A stretch of DNA of 63,055 bases, counting the filler, from Limisphaerales bacterium (GTDB taxonomy: Bacteria > Verrucomicrobiota > Verrucomicrobiia > Limisphaerales > SIBE01), in the NCBI GenBank assembly GCA_044225505.1. It is 10 parts of 10 records of this genome, joined end to end, with 100 filler letters (N's around TTAATTAATTAA, not from the genome) between each part and the next. Parts side by side here need not be neighbours in the genome. Positions count along the whole stretch, not along the records: positions 26,408 to 32,596 come from JBGAIN010000287.1; positions 32,697 to 38,842 come from JBGAIN010000288.1; positions 38,943 to 45,039 come from JBGAIN010000289.1; 7 more parts are not named here. One strand, given 5' to 3'. This document shows, in pieces, positions 31,180-41,004 of this stretch (the stretch's first letter is position 1; each line of letters opens with the position of its first letter). The notes beneath the pieces were generated by a model that was not told the DNA's origin, ran no database searches, and saw only the letters and a list, made by a program, of their open reading frames with translations. The position numbers were made by a program, and so were the translations under genes.

Positions 31180-31418
31180 GACGCGGCGAGAGAATGGAGG
31201 AGCGGGTCATTCTTGCGCAAGCTCTACGAGCTTCGGACAGTTCGATCGGAGAGTCCTGCGGTCGTTTCTGCCGTGTGCAGGATTTCCACTGAGGGCTACT
31301 GAGGGTGGCAAACGAGACGAAATTCAGGGAGTGGACCGGTTTTCCTAGACCCTGGCTCGGGTTAGCATAACGGCAGGCTAAAGATCGAGAACGGCTGCTT
31401 TAACTCAGAGAAAACCGT

Positions 31419-31598
31419 ATGCAACAAAGACTTACCACGATTAATATTCGAAAACTTCAACACCAACTCGGCCGCATTCGTGTGGCTTGCATGGCGGCTA
31501 TTGAGTTAGGTGACTCTCGTGCCGTAGCTCGACTCACGTGCGAAGCAGCCCGCCTTCGCGATTCGATTAGTTTGGCAAGCACAGTGCAACTTGCCTGA
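31419..31598 (+). CDS. Small 59-aa helical protein (below the ORF-track cutoff)
   Basis: MQQRLTTINIRKLQHQLGRIRVACMAAIELGDSRAVARLTCEAARLRDSISLASTVQLA*; helix-GD-helix pattern filling an otherwise empty gap. Confidence 0.55.
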   Translation: MQQRLTTINIRKLQHQLGRIRVACMAAIELGDSRAVARLTCEAARLRDSISLASTVQLA

Positions 31599-31711
31599 AG
31601 CGGGGAAGGCTAAACTTGAAACCCGTTGTGTCGACAGGACAACTCGGCCCCTAAATAAACGTCTGCGCGGCTCCGAGGCGGTATGCGCTCGATATCCTTC
31701 GTGTCAAAGTT

Positions 31712-32596
31712 TCAAACGACCTCGGGAACACTCCAAGGTGCTCGGTACGCGGTCCGTCGAAGATGTGAACTCGCCTCGGTATCGCCTGCGAAAGAATTCG
31801 TGGGGGCGTCCCAGTTCAGTTTCCGATTGCCCGTTCGCCAGGAGATATTCGCCAGGTGACAAAGTAACGTGGACTGATAACCGTGTTCGACATCTCCGTT
31901 GGACCGAACTCCGCTTCGAATGGATTGAATGAAGTTCTCGATGTGCCGCTTGTCGCCTTGCCGACCGTACGCCTGATCGATCAAACGTCGATCCTCGCTG
32001 AACGCCTGCCAGCCATCTCCGTGACGCCCTAAATACATCATTCCTTGGGTGCCGAAAATCTCGATGCGCGTTCCGTTAAAGGGCCAATCGGGGAAGGCAT
32101 CCCGATCTCTCAGAGGGAATGGAGTCTTCTTCAGATACGGGCACCAAAGGGCGCCTTCAAACAACAAAGTGAAGTTCTCGTACTCAAAGGTCACCATCTG
32201 TGTGTCTGGAGTGTCGCGCCCGTCACGAAGCTGCGCTATCGAACTCACGCCGGAGACGCTCTTTGGAGCTGGCGGATCCCCCAGCGCGAATCGAGCGAGG
32301 TCGAGTTGGTGCACGGCGTCTCCGGGAATCGGGCCGCAACTGTATTCGGCCATGTTCAACCAATAACGACCAGGAATGTAAGGCAGCTTGGCGGCTGGGC
32401 CACACCATAAGTCATAGTCGAACTGGTCGGGGACCGGTTGTTCGGGCCCCAGTTGTTGGGGCGGGTGCTGCATCACGTTATACACCCGCACCAGCCTGAC
32501 CTCCCCAAGGCGTCCGGAAGCAATGAACTCGCGTGCTGCTGCTGCGTAAGGCGCACTTCTGCTCTGCATTCCGACGTGGACTACGCGACCATATTT
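31712..32596 (-). CDS. Gfo/Idh/MocA oxidoreductase, C-terminal part
   Basis: GMQSRS, DYDLWCGPA, VHQLDLARF, CHLANIS. Confidence 0.88.
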   Translation of the reverse strand, partial: KYGRVVHVGMQSRSAPYAAAAREFIASGRLGEVRLVRVYNVMQHPPQQLGPEQPVPDQFDYDLWCGPAAKLPYIPGRYWLNMAEYSCGPIPGDAVHQLDLARFALGDPPAPKSVSGVSSIAQLRDGRDTPDTQMVTFEYENFTLLFEGALWCPYLKKTPFPLRDRDAFPDWPFNGTRIEIFGTQGMMYLGRHGDGWQAFSEDRRLIDQAYGRQGDKRHIENFIQSIRSGVRSNGDVEHGYQSTLLCHLANISWRTGNRKLNWDAPTNSFAGDTEASSHLRRTAYRAPWSVPEVV

Positions 32597-32696
32597 NNNN
32601 NNNNNNNNNNNNNNNNNNNNNNNNNNNNNNNNNNNNNNNNTTAATTAATTAANNNNNNNNNNNNNNNNNNNNNNNNNNNNNNNNNNNNNNNNNNNN
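32597..32696. other. Artificial contig spacer
   Basis: N44-TTAATTAATTAA-N44. Confidence 0.99.
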
Positions 32697-33000
32697 GCCA
32701 TTCGGTAATTGCCTCCTGGCGCCCCGGATGGGGCAACTCGAGAATAGCTCGGCGTTTTAACGCCGAGGCTGAATGGGCGCGATTCCAAGTCCCGACGGGA
32801 CGGCCGAGGACGTGGCATTGAACGGAAGAACCGGAGATTAAGCGGATCACAAGGTCGTAGTACCCAAACGCCCTTTCTCGCCGCCCTCAGCCGCCCCTCC
32901 GGGGCTTGGGCCCTCTCACGTGAGCACCCGGCGCTAAAGCGACCGGGCTTCTCTCATTCTGTCCCTTCCGGGACTGAATAGAATTACCGAATGGCATTAG
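32697..33000. mobile_element. ~300-bp non-autonomous MITE/REPIN-like element
   Basis: Perfect 14-bp inverted repeat GCCATTCGGTAATT (32697-710) / AATTACCGAATGGC (32982-95) followed by ATTAG; internal REP-like hairpins. Confidence 0.65.
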
Positions 33001-33341
33001 GATTAATCCCGCACAAGGAGGCTGCGGAACGAAGCGCTCCAGTTCGGCAGCATGCTGCCTTCCAGAAGGAAGAAAGGTGAACTCTCGGCTCGGAGAGCGA
33101 CGCTCTTAAAGAGATTTACGGGCCCGAATTACGGTGGGAGAGGGCTTTTGAGGAACTCGACATCGAACCTCTCCCACGGCGCACCCTAGGATCCGATGCA
33201 TTTGGCGGAAGCGCCCTTCTGGGCAACTTCGTGACACGAACGTGCGTGTCAACGGTCGGATGAGCGGCCGTAACGATCAGCTCAGACCGCGAACCATGCC
33301 GACAACGTGGCGTCCATGCGACGACGCCTCTTTCAGGGAGC

Positions 33342-33644
33342 CTATGCCGCCTCCGAGAACCGCTCCCGGCGAGACGGGCCTGTCTCAATTTCAGTCACTT
33401 CTTCCAAATTCAGAGCGGGCGATCCAATTTCCTCCTCCTCGAAGCGAGCGCTCAACTCGCGAGCAAAACTTCGGAAAAGGACGCGAAGTAAGAGCGGATC
33501 GGCGAGTTCAATGCGGTAAGGCAGCCGTTCTACGGCGCCTTCGTAGCTAACTGGGGCGGTGTCCCTGCTTTGCACGGACCCTGTGACCGACTTCCCATTG
33601 CGAAATCGCAAGGTGCACTTATGAACTACGGATGTGGCACTCAT
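33342..33644 (-). CDS. Hypothetical protein (~100 aa)
   Basis: MSATSVVHKCTLRF.. with protein-like composition and acidic tail. Confidence 0.5.
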   Translation of the reverse strand: MSATSVVHKCTLRFRNGKSVTGSVQSRDTAPVSYEGAVERLPYRIELADPLLLRVLFRSFARELSARFEEEEIGSPALNLEEVTEIETGPSRRERFSEAA

Positions 33645-33887
33645 GCTAGCCTGCCTAGCATCCTGTGTGCCGCGTCGCGCCGGCACTTTGGGCGTCCCTC
33701 GCCCAGTTCTAAGGCTTCGCATCGTCGCGGAATCGCGGCTAGGCAAGACTGAAAGGGCGTGGTGCCTAGCGGCTTGTTTGGCTTTTCCAGACGACAGTTT
33801 GCATTAAAGCGCGCCCGAGTATACGACAGGATGGGTGGGCGAGGCTTGTGTCCACTACAGATAGAGTCACAGAGTTGTCACCGGCCT

Positions 33888-34793
33888 TTAAACGAAGGAT
33901 TCTGTGGCGGCTCGGCAAAGACCTGCGAACGTCGCTTGTTGAAGGTTGAGCCGGGCGTTTTTGTGGGAAAGTATCCCCCACCGCCTTTTGAGCTTCGCAC
34001 GCCCGAGGCGTAAAGCTCTCAGCGACCCCTCCGCGAGTTCCTTTTGGGCAACCCACGGCGCAAGGATGCTGATGCCCAACCCCAGTTTCACCAGCTCCTT
34101 GATGGCTTCGATGTTGCCAAGCTCCACCGAGGTCGGGAGAACCAGGTTTTCATGGCGGAAGTATTGTTCGATCATTTGAAAGAGATAACTCGTCTTGGTG
34201 TAGAAGATGAACCGTTGGCGCGCGATCTCGTCGCGAATGACTTTGCCGGTCGCGGCCCAGGGATGAAGCGAACTGACGTGGAACAGCAATTCGTCCTGGA
34301 AGATTTCTTGAAAGTCGAAACTGCATGCAGTTCGTGGCTCCAAAGAAAGGGCGAGGTCAATCCGGTTGTCCGCGAGTAGTTCTAATAGACGTGGAGTATC
34401 TCCAGATTCTATTTGGATCAAACACTGCGGGAAACTCTCTTTGAATTCACGCAGGACAGCCGGCAAGACATATTGGCAGGCGGTCAGACTCGTGCCGATG
34501 CGCAGCCGGCCATGCCCCCACTTTCCTAATTCTGTCAGCCGTTCACGGGCCAGGTCCATCTCTTGAAGGATTCGCTGGGCGTGAGCTAACAGTTGTTCGC
34601 CGGCCTGCGTGACGGTTATGGATTTGCCCAGCCTGTCCAAAAGACGACAGCCCACCTCGTTCTCAAGCGCCTTGATCGAATGCGAGATGGCTGACTGAGA
34701 GAGGTGCAGCTCATAGGCCGTGTCGGTGAACGAACCCGTTCGTGCCAAGGTTACGAACGCGCGGAGCTGACGACTATCGAGGGGATCGGCCAT
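33888..34793 (-). CDS. LysR-family transcriptional regulator
   Basis: LDSRQLRAFVTLARTGSFT..LHLSQSAISHSIKALE wHTH plus substrate-binding domain. Confidence 0.95.
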   Translation of the reverse strand: MADPLDSRQLRAFVTLARTGSFTDTAYELHLSQSAISHSIKALENEVGCRLLDRLGKSITVTQAGEQLLAHAQRILQEMDLARERLTELGKWGHGRLRIGTSLTACQYVLPAVLREFKESFPQCLIQIESGDTPRLLELLADNRIDLALSLEPRTACSFDFQEIFQDELLFHVSSLHPWAATGKVIRDEIARQRFIFYTKTSYLFQMIEQYFRHENLVLPTSVELGNIEAIKELVKLGLGISILAPWVAQKELAEGSLRALRLGRAKLKRRWGILSHKNARLNLQQATFAGLCRAATESFV

Positions 34794-34795
34794 GT

Positions 34796-34810
34796 ATGAA
34801 TTCAATTCAT
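34796..34810. promoter_or_regulatory. Putative LysR operator (T-N11-A dyad)
   Basis: ATGAATT-C-AATTCAT palindrome abutting the lysR start in the divergent intergenic region. Confidence 0.6.
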
Positions 34811-34859
34811 TGTTGCGGTGAAATCTATGAACCGCGTTTCCAGTTCAACTTGAGGGCGG

Positions 34860-34880
34860 TGGCATGCAGAAAGCATGCCC
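34860..34880. promoter_or_regulatory. Palindromic sigma54-like (-24/-12) site
   Basis: TGGCATGCAGAAAGCATGCCC contains GG-N10-GC on both strands. Confidence 0.5.
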
Positions 34881-34910
34881 TCTTTGCCGAACTGTATGGG
34901 TTCTATTGCC

Positions 34911-35987
34911 ATGTCCAAAACGCGACACCTTCGCTCCCGACCGCTTCGAGTCGGGTTCGTGCCGCTGTGCGACTGCGCTCCATTGGTCATGGCGAGCGAG
35001 CTCCATCTCTTCGCCAAATACGGCCTCGAAGTGGAGATCAGTCGCGAGATTGGCTGGGCCACCTTGCGCGATAAAATTTGTTATGGAGAACTGGACGCCG
35101 CGCACGCTTTGGCTCCTCTCGTTGTCAGCATGACTCTGGGATATGGCAACCCTCCTACAGATTGTCTGACAGGTTTGGTGCTGAGCGCTGAAGGCAACGG
35201 CATCACGCTTTCCAACAGGCTTAGACGAGTGGGCGTGCGCGATGCGAGTTCGTTGCAGCAGTTCCTTCGGGAGACACGCACTCCACTCGTGCTAGCGGTG
35301 CCCTTTTTGTATTCGGCGCACCACTTTCTTTTGCGCGCCTGGCTACGAGACCTCGGCGTTGATCCCGAACGCGCGGCGCAGGTGGTGGTGGCGCCACCCT
35401 CACAGATGCCCGCTAACTTGAAGGCTGGCAACTTAGATGGGTATTGCGTGGGTGAACCTTGGAATGCCGTGGCGGCCCAGGCAAAGAGTGGCTGGCTGGC
35501 GGCAAGCAGCAACGACCTCATGCCCGGACATCCGGAGAAGGTCTTGCTGGTCACGAGGCGTTTCGCGGAGCAGCGCTCCGAGGAGCACGTCGCCTTAATG
35601 GCCGCTTTGATGGAGGCCTGCCGATACTGTTCGCTGCCCGAGAACGCTTCTGCGGTCGCACAAACGTTGGCTCGTTCTGACTATCTGAATGCGCCGCCCG
35701 CCTCGTTGATGGCAGCGATGGGAGAGGCCGATCTCAAGAGCCTCGGACGAGAGACACCGCGCCCCGTTTTCTTTGGACACGGAATCAATCAACCGTCGGC
35801 AGACAAGGCTGCCTGGATCGTGCGGCAAATGGAATCCAGCCGCTTGTGCTCAGGCCCGATCGCAACGGTTTCAGCAGTCGGTCTTCGATCTTTCCGCAAC
35901 GACCTACACCAACAAGCGCTTCACCTTCTAAACGCCCGCCAGCATGAAACTCACAAAAAGCATGAGACTGTCTCCGCCTCTTTCTAA
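34911..35987 (+). CDS. CmpA/NrtA-family protein without signal peptide (NasS-like nitrate sensor)
   Basis: LRVGFVPLCDCAPLV, WATLRDK, DGYCVGEPWN, HPEKVL; no export signal. Confidence 0.8.
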   Translation: MSKTRHLRSRPLRVGFVPLCDCAPLVMASELHLFAKYGLEVEISREIGWATLRDKICYGELDAAHALAPLVVSMTLGYGNPPTDCLTGLVLSAEGNGITLSNRLRRVGVRDASSLQQFLRETRTPLVLAVPFLYSAHHFLLRAWLRDLGVDPERAAQVVVAPPSQMPANLKAGNLDGYCVGEPWNAVAAQAKSGWLAASSNDLMPGHPEKVLLVTRRFAEQRSEEHVALMAALMEACRYCSLPENASAVAQTLARSDYLNAPPASLMAAMGEADLKSLGRETPRPVFFGHGINQPSADKAAWIVRQMESSRLCSGPIATVSAVGLRSFRNDLHQQALHLLNARQHETHKKHETVSASF

Positions 35988-37239
35988 TCTTAACCGCCGC
36001 CAGTTCCTGCACCAAGGGTTCCGCGCGACTGCGCTCGCGGGCTTATGGGCGGGGTTGCCCAAGGGCTGGACGGGGAACCTCTATGCGACCGAAGCGCCGG
36101 AAACGGCGGCTTTGAATTTCGGCATCATCGCTTTGACCGATTGCTCTCCAATCGTCATCGCGCATGAGAAAGGGCTGTTTAAGAAATACGGAATTCAATC
36201 GACCGTCACTAAGGGAGCTAACTGGGCGGCCATTCGCGATAACTTGAGCAGTGGCACGATTCAAGCCACGCATATGCTCATTGGAATGCCAATCGCATCG
36301 ACGATGGGACTGGCTGGCTCTCCTAAGAAACCGATGGTCATTCCTTGGCTGCTGAATCGGAATGGACAAGCGATCACCCTCAAGTCTGAGTGGAAGGGGC
36401 AGGTGAGCTCCGACCCGAAATCGCTGAAGGCGGCCGTCGATAAGACGCGCAAGCTAGGCGAACCACTGACCTTCGCCATGACTTTTCCTCCGGGAACCCA
36501 CGCGATGTGGATGCGCTATTACTTGGGCGCAGGCGGGATCCACCCCGACAAAGACGTGAGCCTCATCGTTGTTCCTCCAGCCCAAATGGTGGCCAACATG
36601 AAGATCGGCAAAATGGACGGTTTTTGCGTCGGGGAACCTTGGAACGCTCGCGCTATCACTGATGGCATCGGCTTTACGGCAGTGTCGACGCAGGACATGT
36701 GGAAAGATCATCCGGAAAAGGTGTGCGCCTTTCTCGCCGACTTCGCGGATAAGAACCCGCGGACGGTCAAAGCCGTGCTCAAAGCGTTGCACGAGGCGAG
36801 TGTGTGGCTCGATCAAATGGAGAATCGCCCAGAGCAATGCGAAATTGTCTCCCGCGCTACTTATATCAATTGCGATAAGAACATCATCCTTGGTCGTCTC
36901 CAGGGGCATTATGACTACGGCGACGGACGCAAGAAGGAAGACGCCTATCCGATGCATTTCAGCAGGCGTAACTGCAACTACCCTCAACCAAAATACTGCA
37001 AGTGGTTCCTCACTCAATTCCGGCGGTGGGGGATGGCCGCGGGCGCTCCCGACTACGAAGGTCTCTCCAAAAAGGTGATGCGCGGGGATCTATACGAAGA
37101 GGCAATGAAAGAAATCGGTTATGCCCACGGCGGACTCAACAACGATCCTGAACAGTTTTTCGACGAGCGGACGTTTGACCCTGCGGGTGATATGGAAGCT
37201 TTCGCTCGGAGTTTTCCGATCCACAACCTGAAAGGCTAA
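35944..37239 (+). CDS. nrtA: Nitrate/nitrite/cyanate ABC transporter substrate-binding protein (Tat-exported)
   Basis: NRRQFL Tat motif; GIIALTDCSP, FAMTFPPGTHAMW, DGFCVGEPWN, DHPEK. Confidence 0.85.
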   Translation: MKLTKSMRLSPPLSNLNRRQFLHQGFRATALAGLWAGLPKGWTGNLYATEAPETAALNFGIIALTDCSPIVIAHEKGLFKKYGIQSTVTKGANWAAIRDNLSSGTIQATHMLIGMPIASTMGLAGSPKKPMVIPWLLNRNGQAITLKSEWKGQVSSDPKSLKAAVDKTRKLGEPLTFAMTFPPGTHAMWMRYYLGAGGIHPDKDVSLIVVPPAQMVANMKIGKMDGFCVGEPWNARAITDGIGFTAVSTQDMWKDHPEKVCAFLADFADKNPRTVKAVLKALHEASVWLDQMENRPEQCEIVSRATYINCDKNIILGRLQGHYDYGDGRKKEDAYPMHFSRRNCNYPQPKYCKWFLTQFRRWGMAAGAPDYEGLSKKVMRGDLYEEAMKEIGYAHGGLNNDPEQFFDERTFDPAGDMEAFARSFPIHNLKG

Positions 37240-38037
37240 ATGAACAAAACGAATCTACCGCGGAGACTCGGCATCTATCTGTTGCCCCTGGTTGGGGTAG
37301 GACTTGTCATTGTGTGCTGGGCCATCTCCAGTTCGACTTGGGCAAAGGAACTGCCATCCCCGTGGAAAACGTGGCAATCGAGTAAGGGCTATATCCTCGA
37401 GCCGTTCGCGAAGCGCGGAGAGATGGATCAAGGGATTCTTCGATTCACATGGTACTCACTCGTGTTGGTGGCGAAGGGATACACGTTGGCTTTGCTCATT
37501 GGCACTCCCATCGGGTTCCTGCTCGGACTATCGCCGCTGTTCACGAAAGCGTTCGATCCCATCATCCAAATCCTTCGCCCAGTCTCGCCACTCGCTTGGC
37601 TGCCGCTAGGTCTCGTCCTTTTCTTGCCGTTCGGTAAACAAGCGTCGGAACTGGGCGCTCTCTTCACCATCGCGGTCTGCGCGATGTGGCCGACAGTTCT
37701 AAACACGGCCGTTGGTGTTCGAGCCGTCCCGCAGGATTACCTCAACGTCGCTCGGGTCTTGAAGCTCTCCCGATTCAAGACCCTTTGGAAAGTTTTGATC
37801 CCAGCGACCCTTCCTTACATGTTCACCGGATTCCGCCTCAGCTTGGGCATCGCCTGGCTCGTCATTGTTGCGGCGGAAATGCTCACCGGCCGCCCGGGCG
37901 TTGGCGGTTTTCTGTGGCAGGAATACAACGCGCTCATCTACGAACACATCATTCTTTGCATCCTGACCATCGGATTGGTGGGGTATTTCCTCGACCGAAT
38001 GATGAGCCTCGTCGAGCGCCGCTTTCGAACGGCATAA
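37240..38037 (+). CDS. nrtB: Nitrate-type ABC transporter permease
   Basis: LRPVSPLAWLP, WPTVLNTAVGV, GFRLSLGIAWLVIVAAEML. Confidence 0.88.
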   Translation: MNKTNLPRRLGIYLLPLVGVGLVIVCWAISSSTWAKELPSPWKTWQSSKGYILEPFAKRGEMDQGILRFTWYSLVLVAKGYTLALLIGTPIGFLLGLSPLFTKAFDPIIQILRPVSPLAWLPLGLVLFLPFGKQASELGALFTIAVCAMWPTVLNTAVGVRAVPQDYLNVARVLKLSRFKTLWKVLIPATLPYMFTGFRLSLGIAWLVIVAAEMLTGRPGVGGFLWQEYNALIYEHIILCILTIGLVGYFLDRMMSLVERRFRTA

Positions 38038-38041
38038 CCTT

Positions 38042-38842
38042 ATGGCTTTTCTCGAACTCACTGGCGTCAGCAAGTCCTACCAAAACGGAGCGAAGTGCGT
38101 CTGCGTTTTGCAGAATGTTAACCTCCGTATTGAAAAAGGAGAGTTCGTCGCCATCGTCGGCTATTCCGGAGCAGGCAAGACGACGTTGATCTCGTTGATC
38201 GCAGGTTTGCTCCGCCCGGATCACGGCTCCATCACCTTAAACGATCTCGAGATCGAAGGGCCCGGGCCAGATCGAGGCGTCGTTTTCCAAAACTACTCAT
38301 TGCTCCCTTGGTGCACCGCGTTTGAGAATGTTTACTTGGCGGTTGAGCAAGCCTTTCCCACGTGGTCCCCTGCAAAAAGGCAGCAGCATACGCGCGAGTA
38401 TCTAAGCCTCGTAAATCTGGATCGAGCGCAGGATCGTCGCCCGTCCGAGCTTTCCGGTGGGATGCGTCAAAGGGTTTCCCTAGCCCGGGCGCTTGCGATG
38501 GATCCACAGATTCTCCTTTTGGACGAGCCGCTCTCTGCTCTGGACGCATTGACTCGCGCCACACTGCAGGACGAAATCTCACGCATTCGCGAGGAGACGC
38601 AGAAGACGGTCGTGCTGATCACCAACGATCCAGATGAGGGCATCTATCTGGCCGATCGCATCATCCCGATGACGGCCGGCCCCGGCGCGCGGCTGGGACC
38701 ATCGTTTCCGGTTGAGATTGCGCGACCGCGGGATCGAAAGAGTCTAAACCACGACCCTCAGTTTAAAGCGTTGCGTCGGGAAGTGAGCGAATTCTTGCTC
38801 GGTTCGCGGAGGGAACGTCAAGCGAGCGTCACGAAAAAGCTC
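38042..38842 (+). CDS. Nitrate-type ABC transporter ATP-binding protein, 3' truncated
   Basis: GYSGAGKTT, VVFQNYSLLPW, LSGGMRQRV, LLDEP. Confidence 0.9.
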
Positions 38843-38942
38843 NNNNNNNNNNNNNNNNNNNNNNNNNNNNNNNNNNNNNNNNNNNNTTAATTAATTAANN
38901 NNNNNNNNNNNNNNNNNNNNNNNNNNNNNNNNNNNNNNNNNN
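38843..38942. other. Artificial contig spacer
   Basis: N44-TTAATTAATTAA-N44. Confidence 0.99.
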
Positions 38943-38946
38943 GCCA

Positions 38947-40458
38947 ATGAGTTCATCTATGTCTTTTGATGCGTTCCGAGAAGGTGTTTTGTCCTCTTCT
39001 GGGCGTCGACTGCTCAACCGGCGTCAGTTCCTCGGCTCATCGGCCAATGGACTGGGCGGGGTTGCCTTGCTCGCTTTGTTGGCGGAGCAGGGGAAGTTGT
39101 GCGCGGGGGACCATGACCCGATCCGTCCGATCATTCGGCCAGAATCCCCCTTTGCCGCGCGCACCCCGCATTTCGCACCCAAAGCCAAGCGAGTCCTCAT
39201 GATTTTCTGTTCAGGAGCATGCAGCCACCTGGATACATGGGATTATAAGCCGGAACTGATCCGACGGAACGGTCAGCCCATGCCCGGCAACGAGAAGTTG
39301 ATCACGTTTCAAGGGGAACAAGGCAACCTCACTCGAAGCCCGTACGAGTTTCGACCCCGCGGCCAGTCTGGTAAGTTCACATCGGACCTACTGCCGCAAC
39401 TTGGCTCGATGGTGGACGATCTCTGCTTCGTTCATTCCATGACTGCCAAGAGCAATACCCATGGACCCGGCGAAAACCAGATGAGCACCGGGTTTACCCT
39501 CGAAGGTTTTCCCAGCATGGGCGCTTGGGTTTCGTACGCCTTGGGCACCGATAACCAGAACCTTCCTGCCTTCGTCGCCATCCCGGACCCTCGCGGTGTT
39601 CCTCAGACCGGTCCAAGTAATTGGTCCGCCGGTTTCCTTCCCGCGGTCTTCCAAGGGGTGGCGTTCAATGCAGACAGAGCCATTCCGCATCTGGCGACTC
39701 CCAGCTCGATCTCTGCGGAGACGGAAAGTTCTACCCGCGACTTTCTCAAGCTTCTCAACGAACAGCATCTTGCCCAGCATCCGGGCGATACTGACCTCAT
39801 GGCGCGTATTGCGAGCTACGAGCTAGCCGCAAAAATGCAACTGGCAGCCGCGGAGGTTAGCGATCTTTCCCGGGAAAGCACCGCCACGCGCGAACTCTAT
39901 GGGGTGCATGACGCGAATCCTGTAAAAGCGGGATTCGCGCGCAATTGCCTTCTCGCAAGGCGCTTGCTTGAACGCGGGGTGCGATTCGTGCAGCTTTTCA
40001 ATGGTGCTTACGCGATGGGGGAGGGCGTTGGTAACTGGGATGGTCATAAAACCTTGAAAGCTCAGTACGATGTTCACGGCCCCATCCTCGACCAGCCTGC
40101 AGCCGGCTTGCTCAAAGACCTCAAAGCCCGCGGCTTGCTCGATGATACGTTGGTCCTCTGGACCACCGAATTTGGACGCATGCCGACATTCCAAAAGGGA
40201 GCGAGCGGACGCGACCACAATCCCAAGGGGTTTACCATCTGGATGACTGGCGCTGGAGTTAAACGCGGTTTTAGCTACGGCGCTACGGACGATTTTGGAT
40301 ATGCGGCAGCGGTCGACGTGGCAACGGTTTACGACTTGCACGCAACCGTTCTGCACTTACTCGGCTTGGATCATCGGCGACTGTCCTTCTACCACAACGG
40401 AATAGAACGCCGCTTAACGGACGTGCACGGAGAGGTGCTCCGAGGCGTTCTAGCCTAG
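38947..40458 (+). CDS. DUF1501 domain protein (Tat-exported)
   Basis: [62 protein letters not shown]. Confidence 0.92.
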   Translation: MSSSMSFDAFREGVLSSSGRRLLNRRQFLGSSANGLGGVALLALLAEQGKLCAGDHDPIRPIIRPESPFAARTPHFAPKAKRVLMIFCSGACSHLDTWDYKPELIRRNGQPMPGNEKLITFQGEQGNLTRSPYEFRPRGQSGKFTSDLLPQLGSMVDDLCFVHSMTAKSNTHGPGENQMSTGFTLEGFPSMGAWVSYALGTDNQNLPAFVAIPDPRGVPQTGPSNWSAGFLPAVFQGVAFNADRAIPHLATPSSISAETESSTRDFLKLLNEQHLAQHPGDTDLMARIASYELAAKMQLAAAEVSDLSRESTATRELYGVHDANPVKAGFARNCLLARRLLERGVRFVQLFNGAYAMGEGVGNWDGHKTLKAQYDVHGPILDQPAAGLLKDLKARGLLDDTLVLWTTEFGRMPTFQKGASGRDHNPKGFTIWMTGAGVKRGFSYGATDDFGYAAAVDVATVYDLHATVLHLLGLDHRRLSFYHNGIERRLTDVHGEVLRGVLA

Positions 40459-40699
40459 ACGTTGGCAAAGAGGCCTCGCGGCTCATTCGGCCGGCAACCG
40501 TGCCCGGAACATTTGCCGAAGCTTTATCCGGCTGAGGCTGCGTCGTTGTCTGTGCGATCGTGGATGCCGGGACCGTCTCCTCGGGTCCAGCCGCGCGCGG
40601 ATCGCCCAGTTTGCGCGGCGTGATTGTCTGCGGAGCCACGCGTAGCCTTCCAGAGCCAGCCATTGCCACGTGCCGCGATTGGGTCCATTATGCACTAAG

Positions 40700-40954
40700 A
40701 TGTTCTTGCCGGGTCAGAAAGTCGTTTGTGTGAACGACGCCTTCTCTGAGGTGGCAAAGTCCCTTTATACTTCATTGCCTGTTCGTGGGGTTGCTTATGC
40801 GGTACGTTCCACGAAGCCCTGCCTCGAACCGGGAGACCTCTGCGTTTACCTGATAGGCTTGGAAAACCCTCGGAGCTCGATTGAACCCTATCTTGAGCGC
40901 GGCTTCGATTCGAAACGATTCCGTCCTTTGGACTCCCCCGGGCCTGTCGGTTGA
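40700..40954 (+). CDS. Small hypothetical protein
   Basis: MFLPGQKVVCVND..LPVRG..Y.VR..ERGFDSKRFRPL; SH3/KOW-like beta pattern. Confidence 0.6.
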   Translation: MFLPGQKVVCVNDAFSEVAKSLYTSLPVRGVAYAVRSTKPCLEPGDLCVYLIGLENPRSSIEPYLERGFDSKRFRPLDSPGPVG

Positions 40955-41004
40955 GGCGTAAATCCAGTCGGAGAGGCAAAGTCCCTCAAGCGAGGCGTTC
41001 GTCC

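Noticed and set aside
31573..31588. sigma54-like TGGCAAGCACAGTGCA
   Set aside because: Lies inside the probable 59-aa ORF and points at no downstream gene.
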